A stretch of 64,000 bases of DNA from Nemertoderma westbladi (taxonomy: Eukaryota > Animalia > Xenacoelomorpha), in the NCBI GenBank assembly GCA_032718475.1, contig JAUCBJ010007299.1:34381-98380 (forward strand). Reading direction: 5' to 3'. The number at the start of each line of letters is the position of its first letter. Within the stretch, counting starts at the first letter, position 1. Shown here piece by piece: positions 1 through 12,028 of this stretch. The translations under genes and the position numbers were made by a program. The notes under the pieces are model-generated. The model searched no databases. It was not told where the DNA came from and saw only the letters and a list, made by a program, of their open reading frames with translations.

Positions 1-2961
1 CATGTAGTTGTTCGGACTCACTTACCTGACTCGGGCTGCTTCGTTCGAATTCAGTGTGCAACAAGATATGATATTTTGCACCGCACTTTGCACACCTTGC
101 GTCGGAGTAACAGGTTCGCCGTTGGTGTCCTCGTCTGAGGCAATTATAACACAACCGCTTATCCCACATGACTTCACGTCTATCCTCGAGTGATTTCCTC
201 AGGAATTCATCACACACATTCAAGCGGTGGGGCCCGTCGCACAGCACACATTTGGGTTTGATGTTACTTACTTTAACCTGTGCTGTGTGGTGCACACTTG
301 TTCTTTCCTCGGGCTTTCTCACCTGAATTCTTTTAGGAGACGTAGGAGGGGTTTTTTGTACCGGTTCCCTTCTGTCATTGGGTCGAGACTTGGATTTACT
401 TACCTGATCTTTAGGCATTTTATTGACATAATAAGACCTGTCAGTGGCTTTTCCGCTATCTTCTCCTTGAGAAGTCTGGCTTTCGCCGTCATCTGTATAA
501 CACACTGGTGTTACCTTTCTCCTAGAGACGGGTTTTTCACTTACCTTGTTTTCCGATGTCTTCTCTCTGGACAGTTTCAGGAGCTGTAATTTCACTTCTC
601 CATCTAGGAATGACATGAGATCAGCCATGGTAGGGTCTCGTCGTTGTCGTTCCATCATATATAACACTTTCTTATCCCAGCGTGTACCTACTCCACCCTT
701 GGGCAAAGTAGATGCTAAGGCTCCTACAACCATAGAATTCTGGTATTCATGAGACTTACCTAGCCAATCTAATTGTCTACAGATCTCCTGAATCTCATCG
801 GAAAACTCTATGATCCCGCTGCTAAGAAACTTTCGGGGCGCCATTAATTTTGCATACAAATACCTAGCTATATTATTCCTATTACCATACCTGATGTTTA
901 GTGTATCCCAAACTTGTCTTAATCCGTCTGGATGTCCAATAAACTTTAACGCCATTAACTTGGGAGATCCTTCCAAGCACTCGATGAGGAATCTAAGTTT
1001 CTCTCCATTAGATAGTACAGAGTTCTGTATGTTATCTTTGTAATATTCATTAAAAGGTAACCATTTCATCTCATCTCCATTGAACTTGACGATCTCTCCC
1101 ACCTTTACCGCTTGACGGGCTTCGGTTCTAGCCATTTGACGCGTAAAACTTTCTTGAGCCATCGTATTATTGAATAGAGAATTATCGGTATATAAGTTTC
1201 TCGGATTATTATCAAGTCTAGATGAGATATCATTATCAACAGGTTTATAATTACCCTTGATAGGGTTTACTATAGGAGTTTCTATTTCGCTAGCAGTATA
1301 GATGCGTGTAGGCTCCACACCTTGCGCATGGGATACTTCAGACCTAACGGGTTGACACATTGTTACAGGGGGTGGTGGTATACTCTTTTGTGTGTTCACT
1401 AATTTATCGCGCTCTAGCGCGATACTTTGCTGCACTTCTTGCAACTCTAGTCTACTTTCCCTTACTGTGCCCTTGAATTGCTGAACAGTCTCCTGCATCT
1501 GCCCGAGCAGGAGATCCATCCCCAGCCGTCTCTCGTCCACCCATTCGACCGCCGAAGCGGGAGTCGCCAACGTTGTAGCGGGCGGACGAGGGACAACGGG
1601 CGACAAATTATGAATATTTCGCTCGGGGTCCAGGACTTGAACTGTCTCCTGGGCAGTTCTACGGGGCACAGGTAGCTTAGTGCTATGCAGAGGGAATTTA
1701 GAGGTAACTTCAGGGAGTACAGGTGTGTCTATCACCGAAGGGGTGATTTCGAGAACAGGCCTAATTATTTCAGGCTCATCTACTATAGTAGGGAGTCTTT
1801 CTATTTTAATTATTTGGTCTGTGGGTTCTGTACTGCCTAAGTTGGTGTTATTTAGTTGCCTTCTAACAGCTGGAGGCAAATCAGGCAATTTCTGACGGTG
1901 GAATGTTCTTTTACGTCTGCTTAGACGAGATCTATTTCCTTTGCCTTCAGTATCGGTGGTATCGCCTTCCTCAGATGATGTATAACCTTGTCTTTTGGGA
2001 GTAGATCGATTCATCATCTGCATATTACTAGCTGTTAACTGTTTATTTATGCAGTCTTGATTCTCTTGAAGATTTTCCAACTCCAGTTGGGTGATCTCTT
2101 CAGCCGCTCTCCGTTCTGCATCCGCCACCGCTGCCGCTTTTGCCTCTGCCGCTGCCGCTTTTGCCTTTGCCTCGGCTTCTGCTGCTGCCGCTTTTGCCTT
2201 TGCCTTGGCTTCTGCTGCTGCCGCTTTTGCCTCTGCCACTGCTTCTGCCAAGGTCGCTTTTCTTTCTGCCTCTGCCACGGCTGCTATCTTTCTGTCTTCT
2301 ATACGTTTTTTCTTTACTTGTTCTTCTTGGACTCGTGTGATGCGGAGTTGTTCATCAAATTTAGCCTGGTTCGCCGCTAACATTTCCGCATCGATGGCAT
2401 CCAACACAAGCTTGGTTCCTTCACTATTAGGGCTAAGCCCCTCCAGCCTTCTCCTCAACTCTTCATCTCCTACAAAGCGTTGATAGTCTGACAGATAGAT
2501 GTCAATAGCATCCCTCTTATACGGTTTCTCTGCTGTCACTTCGCTTTCTTCTTGAGAAGAAGTGGCGTCGGTTGATTCTTCATAGGTTGGCCGCTCATCA
2601 TAAACCTTATCCACCATCTTCGCTCCGCGTTCGGGCGCCCGCTCAACAGTATCCGAACTACTGGAGCTATCGGGCCGTTGAGAAGTAAGTTCTTGGCTCG
2701 CGGGTTGTTGCGGTCCGCTGCTTCTTGGTCCCGCTTGACCTGAGCTCGAGTGCCTATGATAGACCTACGATGTTGGACTAGCCTAGGGTCTGAGATTACT
2801 ACAGTAGGGATGGCCTTTCTTACAGCAGGAGGTGACTTAGACTTGGATCTATGATGTTCTATACTTGGATCTGGGTCACTGATCTTTTTAAGACACTGTC
2901 TAACAGTCATTCTAACACTATCTAGGAGACTATCCGACAGTGATTGGGTTGTGTCAGACAT
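1..2961 (-). CDS. gag: BEL/Pao Gag (start of gag-pol), with one frame change near 2620-2765; open off the window edge
   Basis: Hand translation gives VKFNGDEMKWLPFNEYYKDNIQNSVLSNGEKLRFLIECLEG...VWDTLNIRYG (DUF1759-like), then CVLCDGPHRLNVC, CYNCLRRGHQRRTC and CAKCGAKYHILC, the triple knuckle typical of BEL/Pao. An Ala/Glu/Lys-rich coiled coil lies at ~2100-2400. Confidence 0.85.
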
Positions 2962-3094
2962 GTTTGATGGTACAGTTGAATGCCTACTGCTATATTACAG
3001 TTAAAGCAAGTCTAGTAATTCAGTATCACTGTTAGCCTAGTAATTAATTACCGATACTGCTACTCAGTGTAGCGTGATATATATATAATATATT

Positions 3095-3350
3095 AGAATA
3101 CCGGTATGCTTATAGTATATATATAAGTATTATTACAGACTAGATTTGTCCAGAGTACCGGTATATAATTTTAGCACAAATATATATAAATATATAATAG
3201 GCCTATCATGAATACCGGTATGCAGTTTACACTTATAGTGTATATATATAAGTATAATTACAGACTAGAATTAATTACAGAGTACCGGTATGATTTCAAC
3301 CTAAAATTTATAGAAATAAATATAATAAGCCTATTGTAAATACCGGTATG
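3095..3350. repeat. Two diverged ~125-bp direct repeats in the retrotransposon leader
   Basis: GAATACCGGTATGC...TATATATAAGTAT...TTACAGACTAGA...CAGAGTACCGGTAT occurs twice. Confidence 0.65.
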
Positions 3351-4294
3351 TCAATTATTTTAAATAATTGAATTTCTGAATTTTAAGGGTTACTTGGTTA
3401 CTTTAACTTACTTTATTACCGTTATTTAAGCAGTAGTCCAACTGATATTGAGACCTAATTGTTGTATGGCAGGCCTACTATTTATAAATCGTTTGAGTTG
3501 ATTTATAATATATATATACCCGTTGAAATGGGTTTTTGTCAATGTTGAAATAAATGTTATTATTTCTGGGGGAGTCACTACACATAAGCTGTGCGCTCTC
3601 AGTGGAGTGCTACTTGTTAGACACTAAAACAAATAATTCTAATTTACCTAAGTTACTTAATACTACAAATTACGTACAATTCGGGTTGAGATTACAATCT
3701 CTAAATAAACACAAAAATTTACAAAAAACACAAATACGAATTTTTAGGGTAATTTTACAAGAAGTCTACAAACCAGCCTAACAAAGGGTTAGAAATCTGG
3801 TTATTACAACGGACAGGGTACTGCGGTATTTGAAAATAATACGTAGTAGTAAATACACTGCGTTGTCCAGATAGGAAAATACCACCGCCTGACGACCTAT
3901 AGCCGTATCGCTATAGGTACTACGTTATGTATCACGGAGTGTTCCTACCTAGAAGTTAATAGAGCTAATCGAACGTGCCTATCAACCACTTTACAACACA
4001 AATATAATGCCTACACTAATTACTTTCGGAAAGCACTGTACACTAAACCCTAAATTAGGTACGAGTACTTGTACAACATATAATCAGTAGTTAAATATAC
4101 TTGAACAGCCAAAAGAACCACGGTATCTGCTGGAGTGACCGATGCACAAAATCACCAGTCTTTACCTACGCCAAGCAGCCCGTGTAGTACCGGGGTTAAT
4201 TTAACTATAGCGGTATGTATAACAAACACAATTACTGTAGGAACAAACTTGGGGAATGAATGTTGCGAATAATCGCATAAACTCTGAATAATAA

Positions 4295-4864
4295 ATATTA
4301 CGCTACGCGTACAGACCATTCAAACAAAATGCAGACCAAATACTGACAGACTACTATCAAGCCTAAACAAACTACGGTATATGCAGACTCCGAAATGATT
4401 AGGTAGTATGCGTTCTAACCCAGTAGTACGACTTGTTCTTTAATTGGGGGTTTACCTTACAGCATTCGCTGCCCCTACTTCCTAACCGTTCTTTATCGGA
4501 CAAGTGATCTACACACGCTGCAATCCGTTCAGACCTAATAACAGCCAGACAACTATCCAGCCTACAAATTATCTAAATAAATATTATACGCTACCCGTAC
4601 AGACTTACACAAACAAAGTACAGACTCAACGATGGCAGACTACTCTCAAGCCTAAATAAACTACAGGACATGCAGACTCCGAAATGATTAGGTAGTATGC
4701 GTTCTAACCCAGTAGTACGACTTATTCTTTAGTTGGGGGTTTACCTTACAGTATTGGCTGCCCCTACTTCCTAACCGTTCTTTATCGGACAGATGATCTA
4801 CACACACTGCAATCCGTTCAGACTTAACAACAATCAGACAACAGCTCAGCCTACAAATTGTCTG
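4295..4864. repeat. Tandem duplication, 289-bp period, with a conserved stem-loop core
   Basis: Cores 4382-4522 and 4671-4811 are near-identical; the flanks are visibly more diverged. Confidence 0.9.
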
Positions 4865-6332
4865 TACAATCTGATCAGGCTTACACGCCTTCTGTTCAAT
4901 ACTGGCCTACAAACAAATAAAACTTGACAGAAATAAGTAAAAATCTCAATAAAAAACCAGGGCGGGCCCTCCCTGATTAATTATTAAGGCCTACCGGTAT
5001 ATAATTATCAAAATCGAATAATACTGCTGTACCTGTACTGCTGTAGGTACCGGTCCGGGTGGTTAGGTAGTCAGGCCTACTGGGTACCGGTTGCCGGTAC
5101 TTCAGCTTTATTGCCTACTGCAATACAGAAGCTATATCCGTTATTGTTCGCGCTTTCAGACCTTTGGCAGTTTAACCCGCCAAATTAGGATGTCTTCTAG
5201 ATAATAATTCGCTTTTAGCCTATGACAAGTATTTGATTCATTACACTAGTCGAAACCAATCTGTGCGCGATCATTCACCCGCTGGATATACCCGGGAGAT
5301 TGGGTTCGACGGCTTAATCGTATTGCTATGTAGGCCTAATGTATTATTCGACTGACAGTATTATATAATCTCTGACAATATTATTCACCTTCGGGAAATA
5401 TTAACAGTTCCTTTTGGACATGGCGCTCTATCTATATAAACAGAGCTATGACTTAAACTACATGCAACGATATGGCTTAGTTACAATTCACATATATGGC
5501 GCATTCTTTAGGAAATGCTTCGTTATCAGTCTCACTCATACACAATGCTGCACAATACTGCACACTGATCTGCCGATCTTCACTGATTTTAGTCACATAT
5601 AAAAGGAACACGGACCGAATCATGTAGGGTCTATCAAATAACATTAGATTCACTTCAAACCACTTTAACATAAGTCACAATCGTTATATGTAACCTTTCT
5701 CTCTTACCTTCGGTATATCAAGAATATTGGGTTTTCGGGGTTATTTATCGTTATTCCAAATATAATAATTCATCAACCATATTATAAAGAACTGACAGTA
5801 AATAGCAGTATAACAATATAAAAGTATGCACAGGTTGTTTGATTAGGTATGGTATGTTATGAGTTGAGGTATGTTTAGTTCATTAGTGTGATAACGGATA
5901 TATGTCCTTATAATTAAGCCTACTAGTGTAAGACTAAAAACTGAAAACACGGAGGTGCCAAAAGCCGGTTCTTAGGCTCTGGGCAAAACATAACACTGAA
6001 CTACTGAGTTTCTGTATACACCTCCAACACAGAGACAACAAACGCTCTGATTGGTCAACCTGAACAACGAGAGAACAAAGAAACAAAGAAACGTCGACGT
6101 GGCAATATCAGCTGTTAGCCGTCGTCATGGTAGCGCCACTGTTTTCAAGAGTATCCAGCTATTGCGTCACGAAATTACGGATTATGTCCTTTAAAGTACA
6201 CATACAGAAGAAATGACTTTTATGTCCTCTAAAACACCAGTACAGTAAGGACACGGCCTTTTTATGCCTGGTAAACCAACTACAGAGTACTTTACGGGAA
6301 AATAACCGGCTAATTACGCAAAAGCTTTTACA

Positions 6333-6520
6333 ACTACTACTACTATCGGCATGCTGCATTGCAGCTGCATTATATAAATTACATATATATCAGGGATGAT
6401 GTGCCGGCTTGTCGACAAAATTGCGCCGCCACAACTCCCCATCACCCATGACATTTGCCAGATTATCCGTATCTTCAAAGCCAATTTCCTTTAAGAGACT
6501 TCTCAAGAAAGTCATGAGCT
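6333..6520 (-). mobile_element. RTE-type LINE, 3' terminal fragment with (TAG)n tail
   Basis: The reverse complement matches the 3' end of the 29960-31390 element (ATGACTTTCTTGAGA...GTTGTGGCGGCGCAATTTTGTCGACAAGCCGGCACA...AATGCAGCTGCAATGCAGCATGCCGATAGTAGTAGT). Confidence 0.9.
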
Positions 6521-6559
6521 AATACATAAATGCAACATTATTGTGAACAATAAGATCCC

Positions 6560-7130
6560 ACTATATGCGGAAATACATAATATCGGCCAAATAAATTGGA
6601 TGTATTGGCGTCTGGCCCTGCAACGAAACACCTCCACAGATCGTGATCAACATGTAACTCCCCCTTATCAGGACTTGTCGTATAGCTGCATTTCGGGAAT
6701 TTCAATGCTGACCATCTCGTTTCCTTTCGCGAGCCCTCTGCAATAGACGAGCTCAAGCACGGATTTATCATTTCTACAGTGGCTGGTCAATCACTTCTGT
6801 AGTACTAGTGAGATTGTACAAGCGTCATTTGTAAAGTGAGGATTGTATTTTATATGCCATGAACCTCGTGCAGCATCCTGGTGGTGTTTGTACCGTAAAG
6901 GAATCTGGCGTCTTCTACACTGATAACCCAATAGGGACTGCCATCTATTATTGCCCAAACTCTACTGCTGCCGGAATAATTTCCTTGCCCTTTCGTGATC
7001 GAATTCTTCAACAGATCTCCGAATCCAAGATTCTAGACAGGATAAGTCATGACGATTTATACGACGAGCCATCCTACAAATGAACATACTAGACTGGACA
7101 AAATGTATACTAATTATACTACCATTCACA
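6560..7130 (-). mobile_element. Older, decayed RTE-type LINE relic
   Basis: Minus-strand ACCAGGATGCTGCACGAGGTTCATGGCAT...TACAAT resembles the TRMLHRVHCVKYN segment of the RTE ORF; many stops. Confidence 0.5.
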
Positions 7131-7812
7131 GGTGGTATTGACGAACCGTTAGGTCACTGACTTTAATGACTTTCTGTTGTAGTAATACTAGTAGTAAGAA
7201 TAATTTTGAATGGACAGAGTCCTAGAGATTCCGGGTGATGCCATTAGGATTGGGATCTAAAAATAGTCAAACGAAAAGTCACATAGGCACAATGATGAAG
7301 ACATATATTATTATTGTTTATGTAGGGAAAGCCACATACTAGTATTATTAAAGACGTATTGCATTGTTTCCAGTTACTTATGAGATAAACAAAATGTATC
7401 CAGAATATGATGTATTAGAATAAAATAGCATTGTGTGCAAAATCACGTTATTCCTCAAAGGAAATTCAGATTGTGTTACATACTTGGAATCCTTGCACGG
7501 CCAGCTTTCTAGCATTAGCAACAAATCACTATAAGGGTGAAGAAGAATTACCGCGGCGTAACAAGTGCAACATCGGCGGAGACACCTTTTTCAAACGCTT
7601 TTAGCTAAAATAAAAATTATGACTCTCCCACGGAGGCAGAGTGCAACTATATCTGTCTCAAATTTCATGTAATCTACTTAAGATTTGTAGAAAAAATTGG
7701 TGGGGGGGGGGGGGGGGGGGGGGCACATGTACCCTAATTACGACACTATATTAGGATGTGGTGTATACGTACAAATGCTCATACAAAAATTGTCATATAA
7801 TGCGTTTCTAAC

Positions 7813-8221
7813 CTGGCTGTATTACTAATGCAAACAGCATGCCCTCTCCAACACTGATCAGAGCAGTTGATAGATAGTAAATGGCAATTCTAGAACCAAT
7901 GAATCCAGATTGACCGGGAGCAAATGAAGCACAGGCCGATATAATATTGGAAACGAGCAAGGGCAAAATGATTAACTGGAGGGCACGGAGCAGGACTTCG
8001 CCAGGGAATGAAAGGTAAATGATCTGTCGGTCAGTAATGTTGGAAAAATAGCGAACAATGAGTCCCATTGCTATACCGATACCGATTCCACACATTGTCA
8101 GCACCAACATCAAATTCCGTTGAACCATTTCGGAAAAGTAATCTAGTCTACTCTTCCTAACTGCACTCTTCTTAGTTTCGCTTTCATTGTTGGATTCCAC
8201 CAACTTCTCAATATCGGACAT
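7813..8221 (-). CDS. SLC1-family (excitatory/neutral amino acid transporter, EAAT/ASCT) first coding exon
   Basis: GCCACCATG start context. NLMLVLTMCGIGIGIAMG...YLSFPGEVLLRALQLIILPLLVSNII...YYLSTALISV...LVIQPG is the SLC1 TM1-TM3 signature. GT donor at 7812-7811 after CCA G. Remaining exons lie off the left edge. Confidence 0.9.
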
Positions 8222-8693
8222 GGTGGCGGAGTATTTTATTATAATAACAAATTGTTATGTATCAATAAACGTTATTGAAAACGTTTATATAATTTCCTTA
8301 TTGATGTGATAATTAATTAAATGTTTCAAATTGATTCGAATATATAATTATTTCCATTGGTTTCCATAATCAAATACAAATCCCGATACCTAGGTTTTAG
8401 TAAAATAAAATGAAAAAATGTAGGCCTACTATAAATTAGTAATAATATAATTGAAAAAAGGTGTCGTCAATTATAGAACAATGTACCATATAGCTCCTAC
8501 ATAGGATTGAGCTAATTTAATGTTTATATCTATAAATTATATTTAATAAACTATTTTTGGAGACACACCTCTTAGTTTTTGGAAGATTACAAGAGTTTTG
8601 TTTGTATATGAATTGAAATTATACTTATATACAAAATGTATTATGTATGAATAAAAATTATGAAATTAATGAAAATTATGAATATTATGTAAT

Positions 8694-8911
8694 TTAATTA
8701 AAATGTATAAATTATTAAAATGTATTAATTATTAAAATGTATTAATTATTAAAATGTATTAATTATTAAAATGTATTAATTATCAAAATGTATTAATTAT
8801 TAAAATGTATTAATTATTAAAATGTATTAATTGTTAAAATGTATTAATTATTAAAATGTATTAATTATTAAAATGCATTAATTATTAAAATGAATTAATT
8901 ATTAAAATGTA
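8694..8911. repeat. 17-bp AT-rich minisatellite (ATTATTAAAATGTATTA)n
   Basis: Direct inspection; ~12 copies. Confidence 0.9.
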
Positions 8912-9579
8912 TGTACTAGTAAGTTCTCATCTCATAATATTTTTCATGGAAGAAAATGAAATTTGAATTTCCTGCAAATTTTATTTAGATATTTTCAAAA
9001 AAAGAGGTACAATTTTCCAAAATGTAACTACTATTTACTACTATAACTATTTTGCAATCAATTCGTTTGAAATTCTCAGTGAATGGTATATACACACAAT
9101 ATTGATCATTAAAACTTGTAGACTTAATTTTGAAATTTTGATTAAAAGTGTAATGTTATCTAAAAAATAAAATAATTTTAAATTAAATTAAAATTTAATT
9201 TTTAAATTATTAGTCCAAAACATAACTACACTCAAAATTTCAAAATTTTGCCTACAATTCAAAAGTTCATATAACACACGTTATTGATCAGATAACACAC
9301 GTTATTGTTCAGATACAATTTTGTCTACTAGTTTTAATGTTTGATATGTCAAGACTATTCACTGAAAATTTCAAACTAATTGATTTAAATATGATGGAGT
9401 AAAATCTGAGTAAAATGCATTTAGTTGGACCTTCCCGGACAGAATCGTCTGTCTCTATGTGATTGCCAATATGAATAATTAATTAAAATTATAATAGTGA
9501 TTTATGAATGTTATTATTGAAGCATTAGATAATTGGGTAGATAAAGGGTCTTCTTTCCCGCTAATTTAAATAAATGGTG

Positions 9580-9622
9580 ATTACTGATGCATTTCTCCCT
9601 TAACGGGCTTCTTCAGAGTAAT
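9580..9622 (-). ncRNA. Minimal type I hammerhead ribozyme motif (Penelope-like element type)
   Basis: The minus strand reads ATTACT-CTGAAGA-AGCCCGTTAAGGGA-GAAA-TGCA-TC-AGTAAT: stem I ATTACT/AGTAAT, core CUGANGA, stem II CCC/GGG, GAAA, palindromic UGCA loop III and a UC cleavage site. The stem II closing G-C pair is broken (G.A). Confidence 0.7.
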
Positions 9623-9627
9623 TTAAA

Positions 9628-9709
9628 ATTTAAAATAATAACAACACACAACCGCAACCGGTATCTAGCTTGATACCGGTTGCGGTTGTGTGTTGTTATT
9701 ATTTTAAAT
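9628..9709. repeat. Perfect inverted repeat, 38-bp arms with a 6-nt spacer
   Basis: ATTTAAAATAATAACAACACACAACCGCAACCGGTATC-TAGCTT-reverse complement. Confidence 0.95.
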
Positions 9710-9739
9710 CCCACAAACACACACATTCTAAGGTAAAAT

Positions 9740-10015
9740 GTTCATTGTGGGTTTTTCGGGGTCGCTGATTTCCTGATGCAGTTTTAATGTTTGGCAAAAT
9801 CTAGTCTGCCTGATGTCAGGAAACGCATATTTTCGGAAAAATAAAATATTAATTTTATTTAACATGCCATGTTGTAAAATCGTAATACCTCCAAAACGAA
9901 ACATATTAAGATGACATAACTTACATATTCGGAATCGCCATTAAATTCTGCAAAAAAATCGACCAAAATAATGTTTTTTATTTTTTTATCCTATAAAATG
10001 TAAATCCCCCCTTAA
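9740..10015. mobile_element. Fragment of a TTAA-ended non-autonomous DNA transposon, related to 49504-50405
   Basis: GGGTTTTTCGGGGTCGCTGATTTCCTGATGCAGTTTTAATGTTTGG matches the reverse complement of ~49715-49770; the segment ends CCCCCCTTAA. Confidence 0.5.
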
Positions 10016-11017
10016 ATTCATTGCTTCTCTAGAGCTGCTTCCTGTAGCTATTATTTTTATTTATATTTGGATGGCTTAGGTACTTGCTTTGTGTTACTTT
10101 TTGTATATAGAATTTGTTCAATGTAGTATAACATCTTATTAAAATTGACGTAAATCTTCAATTTGTGCCACATTTGTAAAGTTCTTTTACAATTATATAA
10201 TAGTATATCAATTATATAATGTATACTAGACCACCATTATTGTGCTTTTTGAGGAATGCAACGCTGCATGTAAATGCCCTATGGACCTTGGATATAGGAT
10301 AGATTATATCTCAGAGGCGCTTTGGGTTGCCCTGGAGTTTATGTCACACGATCACTGTTCACGGATCAATTTACTTTCCTTATCTAAAATATTTTTATTT
10401 AATGCTGCCTTGAAATCATGGGTCAAAATTCAAACCATTTGGGGGTTAACATAGTTAATTATCTATTGCTAATTATCAAGAAATTCAACAGCTTTATTTG
10501 TTCTTATCACATATAAACATTAATTAATATACTCTTACTTATACTTCAATACACTGTTTGAAAGCAGTTCATTGAGACTCACCCACCCCACCATCACTAT
10601 AAGTTTGTTGTCCTCACAGTAATTGGTTAAAATAATCATGTGAGCTATTATTACGTGGTTCCAAATTCCATGTCTACTAAGTTAATCATAAATTAACTTG
10701 ATGCGACATCAGACAATATTGTTTTTTTAGTTTGTTCACAGGCAAAGTTATAGTAACTCCACAGGCAAAGTTATAGTAACTCCTGTTTTTCCATTGGCAA
10801 TTTTTTTTGTTTTATTGGTTCTGATGTGTGATAAATTATATATCTTATGTAGTTAATAATATCTTTTTATAATAGTTTAGTAAGGATTGGTCGTTGGTTG
10901 TGTCATTTTAATTTAAATAAACAGTGGTATTGTCATTTGGTATTTTTCACTGTTACCTTAGGCTTGGATTATAAGATGAAATACACATAATTTAGGTATC
11001 TTGATATCTATAACATA

Positions 11018-11623
11018 ATGCAAGCTCCTACACCTAGCAAAGGGGCTCAGGTACGCCCTGGCAGGAGTGATGGCAGATTCATTCGTCACGGAAGTACGGA
11101 CTTCCCACGCATTGACATTAATAACGATCGCCCTCTTTCTGGTGGATTCGTGTCTACTGAGAGAGATTCTAAACTATCCCGATACGGGAGTCTGGAGTTC
11201 CCTCGTATTGGTAGTAAGAGCGATCGTCGACTTTCTGGTGGATACGAAGCTGCATTGGCTACCGATAGTGATAATAAGAAATTTATAAGACAGGGTAGTA
11301 TGGACTTTCCTCGTTTTGAATGCAAGTCTAATGTAAGTCGCAAGCTTTCAGGTGGAGCACTGTCTCCATTAGCTGTCGGGAGTTCAAGTGGTGGGTCATT
11401 TCATTACACCAGTAGTGATGGTAACACAGTGCCCACAGTGAGAAAAACGGATTCCCTGACATCGCAGGGAGATTCCGAGGATCCTGATGGAATTGAGATA
11501 CGATTTCGTTCAGGCAGTACGGATTACCCAAACCAACGTCAAGATGGAGTGCAGCCAGAACCACCAGTACCTGTTGATGTCGACGACTCACATTGCAACA
11601 AATTAGATCAAGACAATCCATGA
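11018..11623 (+). CDS. Uncharacterised Ser/Arg/Gly-rich protein or exon with repeated RxGSx(D/E)(F/Y)P and RxLSGG motifs
   Basis: 201-codon ORF richer in GC than its flanks, with ATAATG start. Repeats RHGSTDFP, RYGSLEFP, RQGSMDFP, RSGSTDYP and RPLSGG, RRLSGG, RKLSGG are conserved at protein level with divergent codons. Confidence 0.65.
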   Translation: MQAPTPSKGAQVRPGRSDGRFIRHGSTDFPRIDINNDRPLSGGFVSTERDSKLSRYGSLEFPRIGSKSDRRLSGGYEAALATDSDNKKFIRQGSMDFPRFECKSNVSRKLSGGALSPLAVGSSSGGSFHYTSSDGNTVPTVRKTDSLTSQGDSEDPDGIEIRFRSGSTDYPNQRQDGVQPEPPVPVDVDDSHCNKLDQDNP

Positions 11624-12028
11624 AATGTTATCGTATTGATAACTCAATGATTGGGATGAGTTAATAACTCTATTGTTTTGTTGTTTATAGATTTTATTTT
11701 TTGCTGTTGTATCGTATTTGGTCTATTAATTGTTAATGTTGTTTTTATACTGTTGTATCGTATTTGGTCTATTAATTGGTAATGGTGTTGAAAATAATGG
11801 TATATCACCCTTAATTTTAGATATTTGTGATTTGTGCGGTCTGCAACATTATGACAGTGACTAAGGATGCATTTTGCAAGTGTGGTACCATGTATTCTCG
11901 ACTTTTCTTGTGAGATAATATTAATTACCCTTCCACCCACCTTTATATATCCCTCAATCTCAAAAATCAATATAATAATAATTATACAGAAACATATGGG
12001 TGAAGCCACAGACCATTGACCAAATGAC

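Larger units (their letters stand above)
1..6332 (-). mobile_element. BEL/Pao LTR retrotransposon, 5' part (probable 5' LTR, long leader, gag); continues off the left edge
   Basis: The minus strand begins TGTAAAAG at 6332, directly after a LINE tail. Downstream lies a Gag with a DUF1759-like segment and three zinc knuckles. The inner LTR boundary and PBS were not resolved. Confidence 0.75.

Noticed and set aside
2057-2483. Plus-strand Ala-, Cys- and Leu-rich ORFs
   Set aside because: Antisense shadows of the Gag coiled-coil region.
4405-4440. AAGTCGTA resemblance (minus strand) to the SSU rRNA 3' end
   Set aside because: Only ~8 nt match, with no flanking rRNA similarity.
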